Shown here piece by piece: positions 9,435-19,365 of a DNA stretch of 64,000 nt. The translations under genes and the position numbers were made by a program. This DNA comes from Methanomicrobia archaeon (GTDB lineage: Archaea > Methanobacteriota_B > Thermococci > Methanofastidiosales > NM3), in assembly GCA_030603445.1 (NCBI GenBank), contig JAUVXU010000008.1, positions 16,770 through 80,769 of the forward strand, read 5' to 3'. The notes below the pieces were generated by a model, which was not told where the DNA came from, searched no databases, and saw only the letters and a list, made by a program, of their open reading frames with translations. Every line of letters begins with the position of its first letter. Within the stretch, counting starts at the first letter, position 1.

Positions 9435-11306
9435 ATGTCAAATTCTAATAAAAAGACTGTTGAGGTAGATGATGGTATTGGTTACAAGTTCAAACATACA
9501 GGAGAACTTGAAATTCCAAAACGTATCATTGACCAGGTAGTTGGCCAAGACGAAGCAGTCGAAATCATCAAAATTGCCGCAAAACAGCGCAGAAATGTAT
9601 TATTAATAGGAGAGCCAGGTACCGGTAAATCCATGCTAGGGCAAGCTATGGCAGAACTACTACCTCGTGAAGAGTTAGAAGATATTATCTGTTATCCAAA
9701 TATTGAAGACCCTAATACACCTAAGGTAAGGGCTGTGCGTGCCAATGACGGAAAAGCCATCGTTAAACATCATAAACAACGTGCCAGTCAGCAGGAAAAC
9801 GGCAAGTATATAGTTCTTTTCTTTGTTATAGCAATAGTAATGTTCTTGTCATTCACATCAGGGCAACTACTCACAGGCATCCTGATTGTGGTGCTTTTGA
9901 TTTTCCTCATGCAGAATATGACGCGCTCAAAAGGAACCGCACTTATACCAAAATTATTAATTGATAATTCAGAAAAAATCATATCTCCATTTATTGATGG
10001 AACTGGTGCACACGCAGGAGCGCTTCTTGGAGATGTGCGTCACGATCCATTTCAATCAGGAGGGCTAGGAACTCCGCCGCATGAGCGTGTTGAAGCTGGA
10101 ATGATTCATCGGGCGCATAAAGGCGTTCTTTTCATTGACGAGATATCCACATTCCAGATCAAGATGCAGCAAGCAATACTTACTTCCTTGCAGGAAAAGA
10201 AATACTCTATCACAGGACAAAGCGAGATGTCATCCGGTGCGATGGTACGCACCGAAGTTTGTCCATGTGATTATGTACTTATTGCAGCAGGCAACCTTGA
10301 AACTGTTAGTGGTATGCACCCTGCACTCAGATCTCGTATTCGTGGATATGGATATGAGATATTTATGAATGATGTGATGAAGGACACATTAGAAAACAGA
10401 AGAAGGATTGTCCAAGTCGTAGCTCAAGAAGTTACAAAAGATAAGAAAATTCCCCAATTTACCTATGATGCCGTAGTAGAAATAGTAAATGAAGCACGAA
10501 GACGTGCAGGCAGAAAAGGATACATTACGATGAAGATGCGTGAACTTGGCGGACTTATTCGCACAGCAGGTGATCATGCTCAAAAGAAAGGAAAAGAACT
10601 TGTTGAAGTAGAAGATATCTTAGAAGCAAAGAACAAAGCAAGAACATTAGAACACCAGCTAGCCGACAAGTACATTGAGAAAAGAAAAGAGTATCAAATA
10701 ATTAGGACAAAAGGCCAGGCAATTGGTAGGATAAACGGTCTTGCTGTTGTTGGTGATAGTGGTATCATCTCAACAATTGAGGCAGAAGCCGCTCCTTCTG
10801 CAAGCAAGGAAGAAGGAAAGATCATTGCAGCTGGAAAATTAGGAGATATTGCAAAAGAATCTATTCAAAACGTTTCAGCGCTTGCAAAAAAATACATAGG
10901 AAAAGACATATCCAATTATGACATACATGTCCAATTCATACAAGCTTATGAAGGGGTGGAAGGCGATTCAGCATCCATATCAATCGCCACTGCAGTAATA
11001 TCTGCCCTTACTGGCATCCCAATACGACAAGACATCGCTATGACTGGTTCACTGTCTGTTAGAGGAGAAGTACTCCCGATAGGAGGAGTAAACGCAAAGA
11101 TTGAGGCTGCAATAGATGCAGGAATAAAAGAAATAATAGTCCCTGACTCGAACAAAGCAGATATACTACTTGATGCAAGACATAAGAAACGGGCAAAAAT
11201 TAGGACTGTAAAGACAGTTGCAGAAGTTTTTGAATATGCTTTCGCAGGTGAGAAAAAAGAAGAGCTCGTGAAGAAAATCAAGACTCTCATGACAGATAAT
11301 ATATAA
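9435..11306 (+). CDS. lon: archaeal membrane-bound Lon protease (LonB)
   Basis: AAA+ Walker A GEPGTGKS. Membrane insertion YIVLFFVIAIVMFLSFTSGQLLTGILIVVLLIFLM inside the ATPase domain. C-terminal Lon proteolytic domain with DGDSASI serine. Confidence 0.9.
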   Translation: MSNSNKKTVEVDDGIGYKFKHTGELEIPKRIIDQVVGQDEAVEIIKIAAKQRRNVLLIGEPGTGKSMLGQAMAELLPREELEDIICYPNIEDPNTPKVRAVRANDGKAIVKHHKQRASQQENGKYIVLFFVIAIVMFLSFTSGQLLTGILIVVLLIFLMQNMTRSKGTALIPKLLIDNSEKIISPFIDGTGAHAGALLGDVRHDPFQSGGLGTPPHERVEAGMIHRAHKGVLFIDEISTFQIKMQQAILTSLQEKKYSITGQSEMSSGAMVRTEVCPCDYVLIAAGNLETVSGMHPALRSRIRGYGYEIFMNDVMKDTLENRRRIVQVVAQEVTKDKKIPQFTYDAVVEIVNEARRRAGRKGYITMKMRELGGLIRTAGDHAQKKGKELVEVEDILEAKNKARTLEHQLADKYIEKRKEYQIIRTKGQAIGRINGLAVVGDSGIISTIEAEAAPSASKEEGKIIAAGKLGDIAKESIQNVSALAKKYIGKDISNYDIHVQFIQAYEGVEGDSASISIATAVISALTGIPIRQDIAMTGSLSVRGEVLPIGGVNAKIEAAIDAGIKEIIVPDSNKADILLDARHKKRAKIRTVKTVAEVFEYAFAGEKKEELVKKIKTLMTDNI

Positions 11307-11395
11307 AAATAACAACATTTTAAATTTATATCTCTTTTTTAATTTTTTTTATTTTGTAGAAAAAATCTTTAAAGCCAAAAAATTACTACAAGATA

Positions 11396-12001
11396 ATGAT
11401 ATATGAGATTATTTCATCCACATACAGCTCGAATTCGTATATTCTTACAGGAGAGTATACCATACTTATAGACCCTGGGCTTCCAGAAAATATTCCTTTA
11501 AAATCATTTCTGCAAAAGAAGATGCTTACAATAAACTGCATTATAAACACACACTGCCACTATGATCATATTGGAGGAAATTTTGGAGAAGAAATATATG
11601 TGCATGAGAACGATGCCAATGCCATTGAGACAGGAAACTACAAGACAGCATATATGAATTTTATTTCAGAATTTAATGGATTTCCTGTTAAACGCCGATT
11701 GAAGGAAAACGACGTTATATCCGCCGGAGATCATTCGCTTAAAGTATTACATACTCCTGGCCACACGTCAGGAAGCATATGCCTTTTAGATGCCAACACC
11801 AACACATTATTTAGCGGCGATACGTGGTTTATGAATGGGATAGGTAGAACAGACCTTCCATCAGGGAATCTCAACGACCTAGAAAAAAGCCTCATGAAAC
11901 TAGCAAAGATAGATGCAAAACATATATGCCCCGGACATGGCATGCCTTTTGAGAACAATATTGAAAATATTATTCGTAACTTCTTCCCGGAGGATTGGTG
12001 A
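11396..12001 (+). CDS. MBL-fold metallo-hydrolase
   Basis: HCHYDHIGG (HxHxDH) motif and downstream H/D ligands. Confidence 0.85.
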   Translation: MIYEIISSTYSSNSYILTGEYTILIDPGLPENIPLKSFLQKKMLTINCIINTHCHYDHIGGNFGEEIYVHENDANAIETGNYKTAYMNFISEFNGFPVKRRLKENDVISAGDHSLKVLHTPGHTSGSICLLDANTNTLFSGDTWFMNGIGRTDLPSGNLNDLEKSLMKLAKIDAKHICPGHGMPFENNIENIIRNFFPEDW

Positions 12002-12777
12002 TGAGGGAGTTATCAAAAAAAGAACTAATATCTGTAATAAAACTACTTCAAGAAGATATTACAAAAAGAGTAAAAAAATCTGGTTCAAATGGTGTAGTCA
12101 TTGGCATATCGGGAGGGATAGATTCAGCAGTTACGTGCGCATTGTGTGCAGGGGTAGTTGATACCCTGGGACTTTTTATGCCTGAAAAAGAAATTACACC
12201 TCCGGAGGACGCAGATGATGCGCTTTTCCTTTGTAGGTCTTTGGACGTGCCATACAGAAAGATAGATATAACTAAACCTTTGCATTGCATGATTGACGCA
12301 TATCCCTTACCTTTAAACAAATATTGTATATCAAACATCACACCCAGACTTAGGATGTCTTATCTATATGCCACCGCAAACCTCGAGAAAAGAATAGTGG
12401 CCGGGACGTCTAACAAAACAGAACGTTTACTTGGATATTCCACTAAATGGGGGGACAATGCATCTGATTTTTGCTCTATAGGAAATTTATGGAAGACAGA
12501 AGTTTTCAAAATTGGGAAGATACTTGGCATCCAAAAATCAATACTAGAAAAAGCTCCTTCTGCCAGATTATTTGTCGGTCAGACTGATGAGAATGATCTC
12601 GGAGGAAAATATGAAGTAATAGATGAAATACTCTACTTGATGACCGAGAAAAACAAAACTCCAGAAGAAGCCGGAAGACGTGTTGAAAACATAACACTTG
12701 CCATTTCACTTAACAAAAGAATAAAAGATAACGCCCACAAACGTGTTATGCCCCCGTGTCCTGAAGTGGGGCTGTAA
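12001..12777 (+). CDS. nadE: NH3-dependent NAD+ synthetase
   Basis: PP-loop SGGIDSAV. ATG at 12001 overlaps the upstream stop (TGATG). Confidence 0.85.
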   Translation: MRELSKKELISVIKLLQEDITKRVKKSGSNGVVIGISGGIDSAVTCALCAGVVDTLGLFMPEKEITPPEDADDALFLCRSLDVPYRKIDITKPLHCMIDAYPLPLNKYCISNITPRLRMSYLYATANLEKRIVAGTSNKTERLLGYSTKWGDNASDFCSIGNLWKTEVFKIGKILGIQKSILEKAPSARLFVGQTDENDLGGKYEVIDEILYLMTEKNKTPEEAGRRVENITLAISLNKRIKDNAHKRVMPPCPEVGL

Positions 12778-15406
12778 CAACGCCTTGGGCAAATTCATCA
12801 GTTCCTCCACCTTTTCCATAGTCACATATGACCTTGTTTGCCTTGAATCCCTTCTTTTGTGCATTTATTCCGCATACAATCACAAGAAGCTTCCCATTTG
12901 AAAGAACAACAATAGAATCATCATCGGCAAGTGAGAAAGCTGTTTTTCGCAATACTTCCGAATCACCCTCAATAGTAGCTATTAATTGGCGAATGCCATC
13001 CTTTTCCACGAACGCATCCCCAAGAGAGGATTGCTTAATCTTTGAGAGTTCGAGTTTGAGGCCTTCTATCTCTTTTACGCCTTTTTTCCATTCTTTGAAG
13101 AAACGATCGCACGTAGCTACAAGATGCATCTTGTCAACACGAAAAATAGATGCTGATTTCCTGATGATGCGAGCATCCTCCTGCATTGAGCGCACCGCCT
13201 GCAATCCTGCCGTGTACTCAAGGCGCACTATGCCATCTTGTATCTTTTCAGATTTTATTATTTTAATAGGCCCAACTTCGCTTGTTGAATTGCAGTGAGT
13301 CCCACCACACGCTTCCACATCAAGGCCTTCAATAGAAACAATACGCAACACGCGGCCTGGTACAGCCCCACCCTGATAAATCCTAAATCCATAGCGCTTT
13401 TCCGCCTCGTCCCTTTCCATAAAAGTCTTGACAACAGGCTTATCATCCAGTACATATTTGTTGGACAGATACTCTATTTCCTCTAGTTCTGTATCTGTTA
13501 ACGATACGTAGTGTGTAATATCTAATCGCGCCTTCTCTACTGTCTTTTCGGCGCCTGCCTGCCAGATATGATTACCCAACACTTTACGCGCAGCAGCATT
13601 TATTATGTGTGTTGCAGTATGATGGCGGGTAAGTGCCCTCCTGCGCTCCTTATTAACAGTGCAAAAGACTTTTTCACCTACAGAGAAGATGGCCTCATCA
13701 ACTGTATGAATCACAATAGGCCCATATTTTTTAACTGATAAAACATTAGCAGCACCTATGGTCCCTAAATCTTGTTCCTGCCCTCCCCCCACAGGATAAA
13801 AACATGTCCTGTCAAGCGCTATCTCGTTGCCCTTAATCCATAATATCTCTGCTTCAAAATCATATTTGTCATCATTATCATAATAGAGCAACTTAGTTGG
13901 AAGCACATCGAACTGGCGTTGTTGTTTTTTCTTTTTTTCAGGTTTTTGGGCCTCGTGTCGCTCAGTTACCTGAATATAAAAATCGTTGGGAATATCAACT
14001 TTAACTCCAAGCTCATCCGCCTGTGCCTTTACAAGCTCTGGTGTTACCCCATGTGAATCGTACATCTCTATGAGCTTGTCTGATGATATCTTATTTTTTG
14101 TAAGCATTGATCGAACTATTTTCTTTGCTTTTGTCTTGGAATTCCCATATTTTTCTTCTTCTACTTTTAATATGCGTTCTACATCGTCGATTGTCTCATC
14201 AGAGAAGGGAAACTCCTTTTCAAGATACTCTGCATGCAGCCTGCACAGTTCACCTATGGATGTATCAAACCCATACATGTCTATGAAATACTGGGCACGC
14301 CTAAATAACACGCGAAGATTATAACCACCCCCCACATTAGATGGCAAAGCCCCATCAGCCAATGCAAACAATAGTGAACGTGAATGATCAGCAATGGAAT
14401 AATTCGCAGCAATTGGAAGCACTACATTTTTAAGAGTATCAACATCGCATCCAATAGACTGCGCTATATTTGCCCAGGTGGTTTTTATATCTTCATTCTC
14501 ATCTACATTTAACATGCCTGAGTATGGGGCAAACTTCTTAAAAATGTCAAAATCTGGTTCTAAAGACGAATGTTTGTACAGGTGGTCTATAACTGTGGGG
14601 AATACAGAATCATAAATTGATGGGGTTCCTTGGGAAAACCATGTGAATCGCTCCTGGCCTGCCCCCATATCTAAAACTTTAAGATCAAGTTCCCTGTATC
14701 CAGAAGATGTCATTTCGTAAAGGATGTAGACTTGATTGCCAAGCTCAACGCCATGGGAGAAAAATTCCATACATGGGCCAAAATTTCCGCCGCCAGCCCA
14801 GCCATCTTCATGAAATATTAAATCTTTTTTTGGTATTTCCATTCCTGATGTAAGCCAAAAATATATGTCCCGGAAATATTTTTCTTGGTCGAACTCATGT
14901 TTTTTTGTAAATGCATGTTGTCCTATCATGACAAAACCTGTAAAGGATCTTCCAGAGATTCCAACATTGTCCGTATCAAGGAAACGTAAGCAAAATTGTG
15001 GTACAACAAGGGGATTTGCAGGAGGAGTAATAGAACCTGAAACAACATGTGGTTGGAAATCGTATATTGATGCTTGGACAAAATCCGTGTCATCTCTCCA
15101 TCTAGCAACCACAGGATATCGGGGAATAGTTTTATACCCCATATCTCCAAAAGCATTTGAGAATCTCTCCCATGTTTCTATATAATCCATGGAACGGGCA
15201 GGAGAGTTGCCTATGAATGAATATCCTCCCTCACAATCAGGATCGCCACACACTTCGCGATCACTAGTTGACCAGAAATATTTGCCACATTTCTTACAAA
15301 TACCTCTTTGAAATCCTTTTTCTTCTAAAACATCGACCGCAAAATACTTTTTATAGTCCTTAGATGCCTTCTCTCTGAACTTAGCCTTCAATGTCTTTGT
15401 ATCCAT
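12746..15406 (-). CDS. alaS: alanine--tRNA ligase (archaeal type)
   Basis: 886 aa. Class II core, editing HxxxH (HHTATH), CGGTHC zinc motif, C-terminal DHH-like domain. 32-nt convergent overlap with nadE. Confidence 0.95.
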   Translation of the reverse strand: MDTKTLKAKFREKASKDYKKYFAVDVLEEKGFQRGICKKCGKYFWSTSDREVCGDPDCEGGYSFIGNSPARSMDYIETWERFSNAFGDMGYKTIPRYPVVARWRDDTDFVQASIYDFQPHVVSGSITPPANPLVVPQFCLRFLDTDNVGISGRSFTGFVMIGQHAFTKKHEFDQEKYFRDIYFWLTSGMEIPKKDLIFHEDGWAGGGNFGPCMEFFSHGVELGNQVYILYEMTSSGYRELDLKVLDMGAGQERFTWFSQGTPSIYDSVFPTVIDHLYKHSSLEPDFDIFKKFAPYSGMLNVDENEDIKTTWANIAQSIGCDVDTLKNVVLPIAANYSIADHSRSLLFALADGALPSNVGGGYNLRVLFRRAQYFIDMYGFDTSIGELCRLHAEYLEKEFPFSDETIDDVERILKVEEEKYGNSKTKAKKIVRSMLTKNKISSDKLIEMYDSHGVTPELVKAQADELGVKVDIPNDFYIQVTERHEAQKPEKKKKQQRQFDVLPTKLLYYDNDDKYDFEAEILWIKGNEIALDRTCFYPVGGGQEQDLGTIGAANVLSVKKYGPIVIHTVDEAIFSVGEKVFCTVNKERRRALTRHHTATHIINAAARKVLGNHIWQAGAEKTVEKARLDITHYVSLTDTELEEIEYLSNKYVLDDKPVVKTFMERDEAEKRYGFRIYQGGAVPGRVLRIVSIEGLDVEACGGTHCNSTSEVGPIKIIKSEKIQDGIVRLEYTAGLQAVRSMQEDARIIRKSASIFRVDKMHLVATCDRFFKEWKKGVKEIEGLKLELSKIKQSSLGDAFVEKDGIRQLIATIEGDSEVLRKTAFSLADDDSIVVLSNGKLLVIVCGINAQKKGFKANKVICDYGKGGGTDEFAQGVVTAPLQDTGA

Positions 15407-15554
15407 GGTCGCACCACAATGTATTCTTAATCATGGTAAATAATTGTTATTAATAAACCTTTTTATTTTTATTAGATTTATTGCTAGATTAGTTAATTTT
15501 TGTAAATAATTATTAAAAAAAGCTAATTCGGGGGATGTTAATAAATAGAAAAAA

Positions 15555-16250
15555 TTATTGTCTCTCCAATATGTATTTACGTTCAAGCATTTCAAGCACA
15601 ATAGAGACTTCTCCCTCATCAACTCTTAGTCTGTTAGATAGGTCTTTAGAGGATAATGTTCCTCCTGCATTGACTACCTCTAATACCACCCGTTTCTCAA
15701 TATCAGTTAATCCGAGCTTCTCACATAAAATTAATGCCTGTTGGCGAACTTGTTCTACCTTATATTCTAGATACTCTTTTGCCTGTATTATCTTTTCAAG
15801 TTCACTGATCAAAGAGGACATAACAAGAGAAAGCTCCCCTATCTCATGAATATGTTGCGTCTTCTTAACTTCATCTTCAAATGTTTTAAGTTGGGGGAAT
15901 TCTATAAAAATATCTGAAAAATCGGAATCTAAAAGGTCCTCAAGGTTTGTATCGAAACGATATGGCCCAACTGAAAACTCCATATGAACTCTCTTGTTTA
16001 TCTTAAAATATTTCCTTGGGCTTCCGCGACTTTGTTTCTTTATATAAAGTTCAACTATATCGGCTTCCTGCAAAAGCCTCATATGCTCATTTATGGCTTT
16101 TTGTCCAATATTTAGTTTATCTGCAATCTCTGTGGTGTAACATGGCCCCGAAGCAAGCATCTTTAGTATCAGTCTCCTGGTCTCGTTTCCCATAAGATTA
16201 AAAAGAATGTCCTCATCCATCAGATCATCGCCATATTTACCCGCAATCAC
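15555..16250 (-). CDS. transcriptional regulator with two winged-helix (ArsR-like) domains
   Basis: RRLILKMLASGPCYTTEIADKLNIGQKAINEHMRLL HTH, plus a second C-terminal wHTH. Confidence 0.55.
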   Translation of the reverse strand: MIAGKYGDDLMDEDILFNLMGNETRRLILKMLASGPCYTTEIADKLNIGQKAINEHMRLLQEADIVELYIKKQSRGSPRKYFKINKRVHMEFSVGPYRFDTNLEDLLDSDFSDIFIEFPQLKTFEDEVKKTQHIHEIGELSLVMSSLISELEKIIQAKEYLEYKVEQVRQQALILCEKLGLTDIEKRVVLEVVNAGGTLSSKDLSNRLRVDEGEVSIVLEMLERKYILERQ

Positions 16251-16416
16251 GAGTATTCTTATCTAAAGTATAAGTTAACTTTATGTTCATTTAAATATTT
16301 TATATAATTTATTTATAAAACTTTTGGTAGATATAGTATTAAGACAAAATTATGATAAGATTTATATACAACATCGATGTTTTAAAAATAATAACTATCT
16401 TTAATTGGTGTTTTAT

Positions 16417-17103
16417 ATGGAACAGGAAAAAAGTGTGACCCATATAGTGCATGAAATCCTTGATTCGCTCCCTCTTATAAGCGATTACCTCCTTAACAAT
16501 ATTATCAACTACAAGGGGCTTGCAAGATGGATACAAAAAGATGTGGAAAAGAGAATAAAAAAAGAAGTATCTATAGAGTCCATATCTGTCGCAATCCAAA
16601 GATATCATTTTAAAGAAGGTTTAGGCGAGGACAAAAAACTTACAAATGCCATTTCTCGTACAAAACTTATCCTGAAAAATGATATAACAAATGTCGCATT
16701 TTTAAAAAATTATGAACTAATAAAGAAAATAGATTCATTTTCCGAAAAAATAAGGTGGGAATATGGTGAAACATTCTTCACTGTACAGTCATCCCAAGAG
16801 CTTTCCGTTGTTTTGGAGCATGATAGATTATCTGAGTTCTTGACATTCACAACAGCATATAAACCATTATCAGTAGTAGAGGATGTCACCACAATAAACT
16901 GCAAGTATCCTGAGCATATAGTCCATATACCCGGATACCTCTATTCTCTTCTCAGAGCCATAACAATGGCAAAAGTGAATGTAATTGATATATTCTCAAC
17001 ATTCACCGAGTTCGTCTTCTTGTTCAGGAAATCCGATGCCCTTAAAGCATACGGGGTACTTGAGCAGCTCATCAACGAAGCACGAGAAAGAGAATTACGA
17101 TAA
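16417..17103 (+). CDS. hypothetical protein with C-terminal ACT-like domain
   Basis: ATG at 16417 preferred over the TTG at 16405. C-terminal beta-alpha-beta-beta-alpha-beta-like segment. Confidence 0.4.
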   Translation: MEQEKSVTHIVHEILDSLPLISDYLLNNIINYKGLARWIQKDVEKRIKKEVSIESISVAIQRYHFKEGLGEDKKLTNAISRTKLILKNDITNVAFLKNYELIKKIDSFSEKIRWEYGETFFTVQSSQELSVVLEHDRLSEFLTFTTAYKPLSVVEDVTTINCKYPEHIVHIPGYLYSLLRAITMAKVNVIDIFSTFTEFVFLFRKSDALKAYGVLEQLINEARERELR

Positions 17104-18249
17104 GATCTCATCCAAACGCTCTTCTTCCAAGCCCCGTTTTATTTCCATTGCAATTCTTCTACCTGTGGACATGGTTGTCCTGTATAGCGAGTTTCCGTAT
17201 GGGTGCCCTACAGCAAGATGCACATTAGTGCCCCCTCCAACTCGTGGCGCAACGTCATATATATGATAATTCAAGTCCTTATCTATGCACGTCTGCAAAC
17301 AAAAAGGTCCTATTACTCCTGGATTATAATGTTCCTGGGCTACTTTAACGAATTTTTCTGCAAGGTCAAATGCACTCTCAAGCAAAGATTCTCGCACTGT
17401 TGCAGAATTATGGCCACAGACAGTATACTCTGGAAGGAACTGTTTCTCGTTGAGGTTAATCTGTTGGTCTGCAGGAAGTCTCACATGTCCATCAAGAGAT
17501 GTTTCAAATCTCCAATCCACCCCAAGAAGCTCGATTTTAGAATACTCCTCCTCCAAAGGAGAATAGAAGAAGTCGAAGTTGAAAACTGGGCCTATAATAT
17601 AGCGTTCAATACGGGCAGTTTTGAGATCATCTGCTGTAATTACGCCTTGTTTTATCAATTTTTCTGATTTTTCAACATATTCCTCATATGAGGCTGCTGT
17701 AAAGAACCCACGTTCTAGTTTTTTCTTTGCATGGTGCAACTTCACAACGACAAGTTCATCAATATCAGCTGGATTTTTTATCTCTTCTGGGAAGGGAAGG
17801 CCGCCTTTTTCAAGCACCCAATAATAAGACTGTTGTTCAGTGCGTTCTTCCATTCGCAACATGTCACGAGACCCGAACATAGGAACTTTGAACCCATCCT
17901 CTACAACATCCATAGGGATATAAGAGGTAAAGGATCTATTGGGAATAAATATTACGCTGTCATTAATCATTCTTTGTTGTTCTTGTGGGGCTACCATATC
18001 CTTAAATTTGTCATATACATAAAATTTGTCGATCATTCCCCTGACAATCTTCCCATCGATGCGTTTTGCCTTAAAATATTTCCCATAAGTATTTTCTCTT
18101 CCTTTTTGACAGTAAAGTACTGTGTGAAATCCCTCTTCAATCGCACCATCTGCAATATCAAGGGCAGAGTGTGAGGCAAGAGCCCCCACCATGACCTTAT
18201 TCTTATCATAGCGCTTAGCAATATCAATAATCTCAGTCTTATCTATCAT
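17095..18249 (-). CDS. purP: 5-formaminoimidazole-4-carboxamide ribonucleotide synthetase
   Basis: ATP-grasp protein of the archaeal PurP type. N-terminal ...GALASHSALDIADGAIEEGF block; length about 380 aa. Confidence 0.85.
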   Translation of the reverse strand: MIDKTEIIDIAKRYDKNKVMVGALASHSALDIADGAIEEGFHTVLYCQKGRENTYGKYFKAKRIDGKIVRGMIDKFYVYDKFKDMVAPQEQQRMINDSVIFIPNRSFTSYIPMDVVEDGFKVPMFGSRDMLRMEERTEQQSYYWVLEKGGLPFPEEIKNPADIDELVVVKLHHAKKKLERGFFTAASYEEYVEKSEKLIKQGVITADDLKTARIERYIIGPVFNFDFFYSPLEEEYSKIELLGVDWRFETSLDGHVRLPADQQINLNEKQFLPEYTVCGHNSATVRESLLESAFDLAEKFVKVAQEHYNPGVIGPFCLQTCIDKDLNYHIYDVAPRVGGGTNVHLAVGHPYGNSLYRTTMSTGRRIAMEIKRGLEEERLDEILS

Positions 18250-19268
18250 GTAGTAACCTCCTTTAGACTATCTGTGGCAATTGCATCTTTTATCTCCATC
18301 GCTATGCGCCTGCCACAACTTATGTCTTTCCCATACTTTGCATATGTATAAGGTGATGATGGAACAAATGGATTAGTGCCTGCAACTATACGTGCCGATA
18401 TTTCGAACGTTATTATGTCAAGATCAGCTGTGCATATAGTTTCTAGACAAAACGGCCCTAAAATTCCCTTCTCACTTATATTTTGTGATTCTTTTACCAC
18501 CCTCTCACCTATATCAAATACATCCTCCAATAACGACTCCCTAGCAACTATAGGGAAGTTTCCCACAACAGAATATGAAGGTGATAGACCAAGGTGCTTC
18601 TGATCCGCACCAGGTATGCGTCCTATAGCGTCTACATTTGACTCATAACGCTTGTCGATGGATAGTAGTTCCAACTCTCTTTTAAGAGGCGAATAAAAGA
18701 AGTGAAAGTACATTGGAACACCTACAATATACTCTTGGATCTGATAACTGCCCTTGATACCTTTGATCTTTCTTTCAAAGTCTTCATGATCATATGCAAC
18801 AAAATACCCCATTCCGCCTTTTGCACCAAATAATTTTATTATAACAGGCCTGTCTATCTCCAAAGGATTTTCAAAAGACATAGGGATTTTTATGCCTGCA
18901 CCTTCCAACCATTTTCTCTCTAGATGCCTATCAGACTCCCATTTGAATAGGTATTTATTACCTGCCATCGGTACCGAAAATATATTTTCTATAAAATCAA
19001 GTGACAAGTATGAAATAAAGCTACCATGGGGTACCATTATGGTGTCTTCAGGAATCTCATCAGAACAATTATGCAAAAATTCACCCATATTATCAGTATA
19101 TATTATATCGTCTGCTACACCAAATCTTTCATAGAAAGTCCTGCTTCTAGAAGCTATTAGAAGTGTACTTAACCCTTCATCTTTTGCCCCTCGCAGTATA
19201 TTGAGTGCAGAGTGTGAACCAATGGTTGCTACGGTTGTTATAGTATCACCTGCTTTAATTACCTCATT
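18246..19268 (-). CDS. purP: PurP paralog, N-terminal start codon not in frame (possible frameshift or sequencing error)
   Basis: Frame is open from the stop at 19269-19271 through NEVIKAGDTITTVATIGSHSALNILRGAKDEG... into the ORF-track ORF 18246..19088. No ATG/GTG/TTG precedes the M at 19088; an ATG at 19267-19265 lies in the +1 frame. Confidence 0.7.
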   Translation of the reverse strand, partial: NEVIKAGDTITTVATIGSHSALNILRGAKDEGLSTLLIASRSRTFYERFGVADDIIYTDNMGEFLHNCSDEIPEDTIMVPHGSFISYLSLDFIENIFSVPMAGNKYLFKWESDRHLERKWLEGAGIKIPMSFENPLEIDRPVIIKLFGAKGGMGYFVAYDHEDFERKIKGIKGSYQIQEYIVGVPMYFHFFYSPLKRELELLSIDKRYESNVDAIGRIPGADQKHLGLSPSYSVVGNFPIVARESLLEDVFDIGERVVKESQNISEKGILGPFCLETICTADLDIITFEISARIVAGTNPFVPSSPYTYAKYGKDISCGRRIAMEIKDAIATDSLKEVTT

Positions 19269-19365
19269 TTAGATTATTATAAAAAGTTTTGCCTAAATTA
19301 TACATATTTATGTAAAAAAAGATTTAAATACATAAATTTTTCCTCACATATATGAGTATGGTGGT

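Noticed and set aside
12746-12777. 32-nt convergent overlap alaS/nadE and 31-nt overlap MFS/ahcY (53560-53590) as possible mis-calls
   Set aside because: Both partners have strong full-length family support up to their stops; short convergent 3' overlaps are common in compact genomes.
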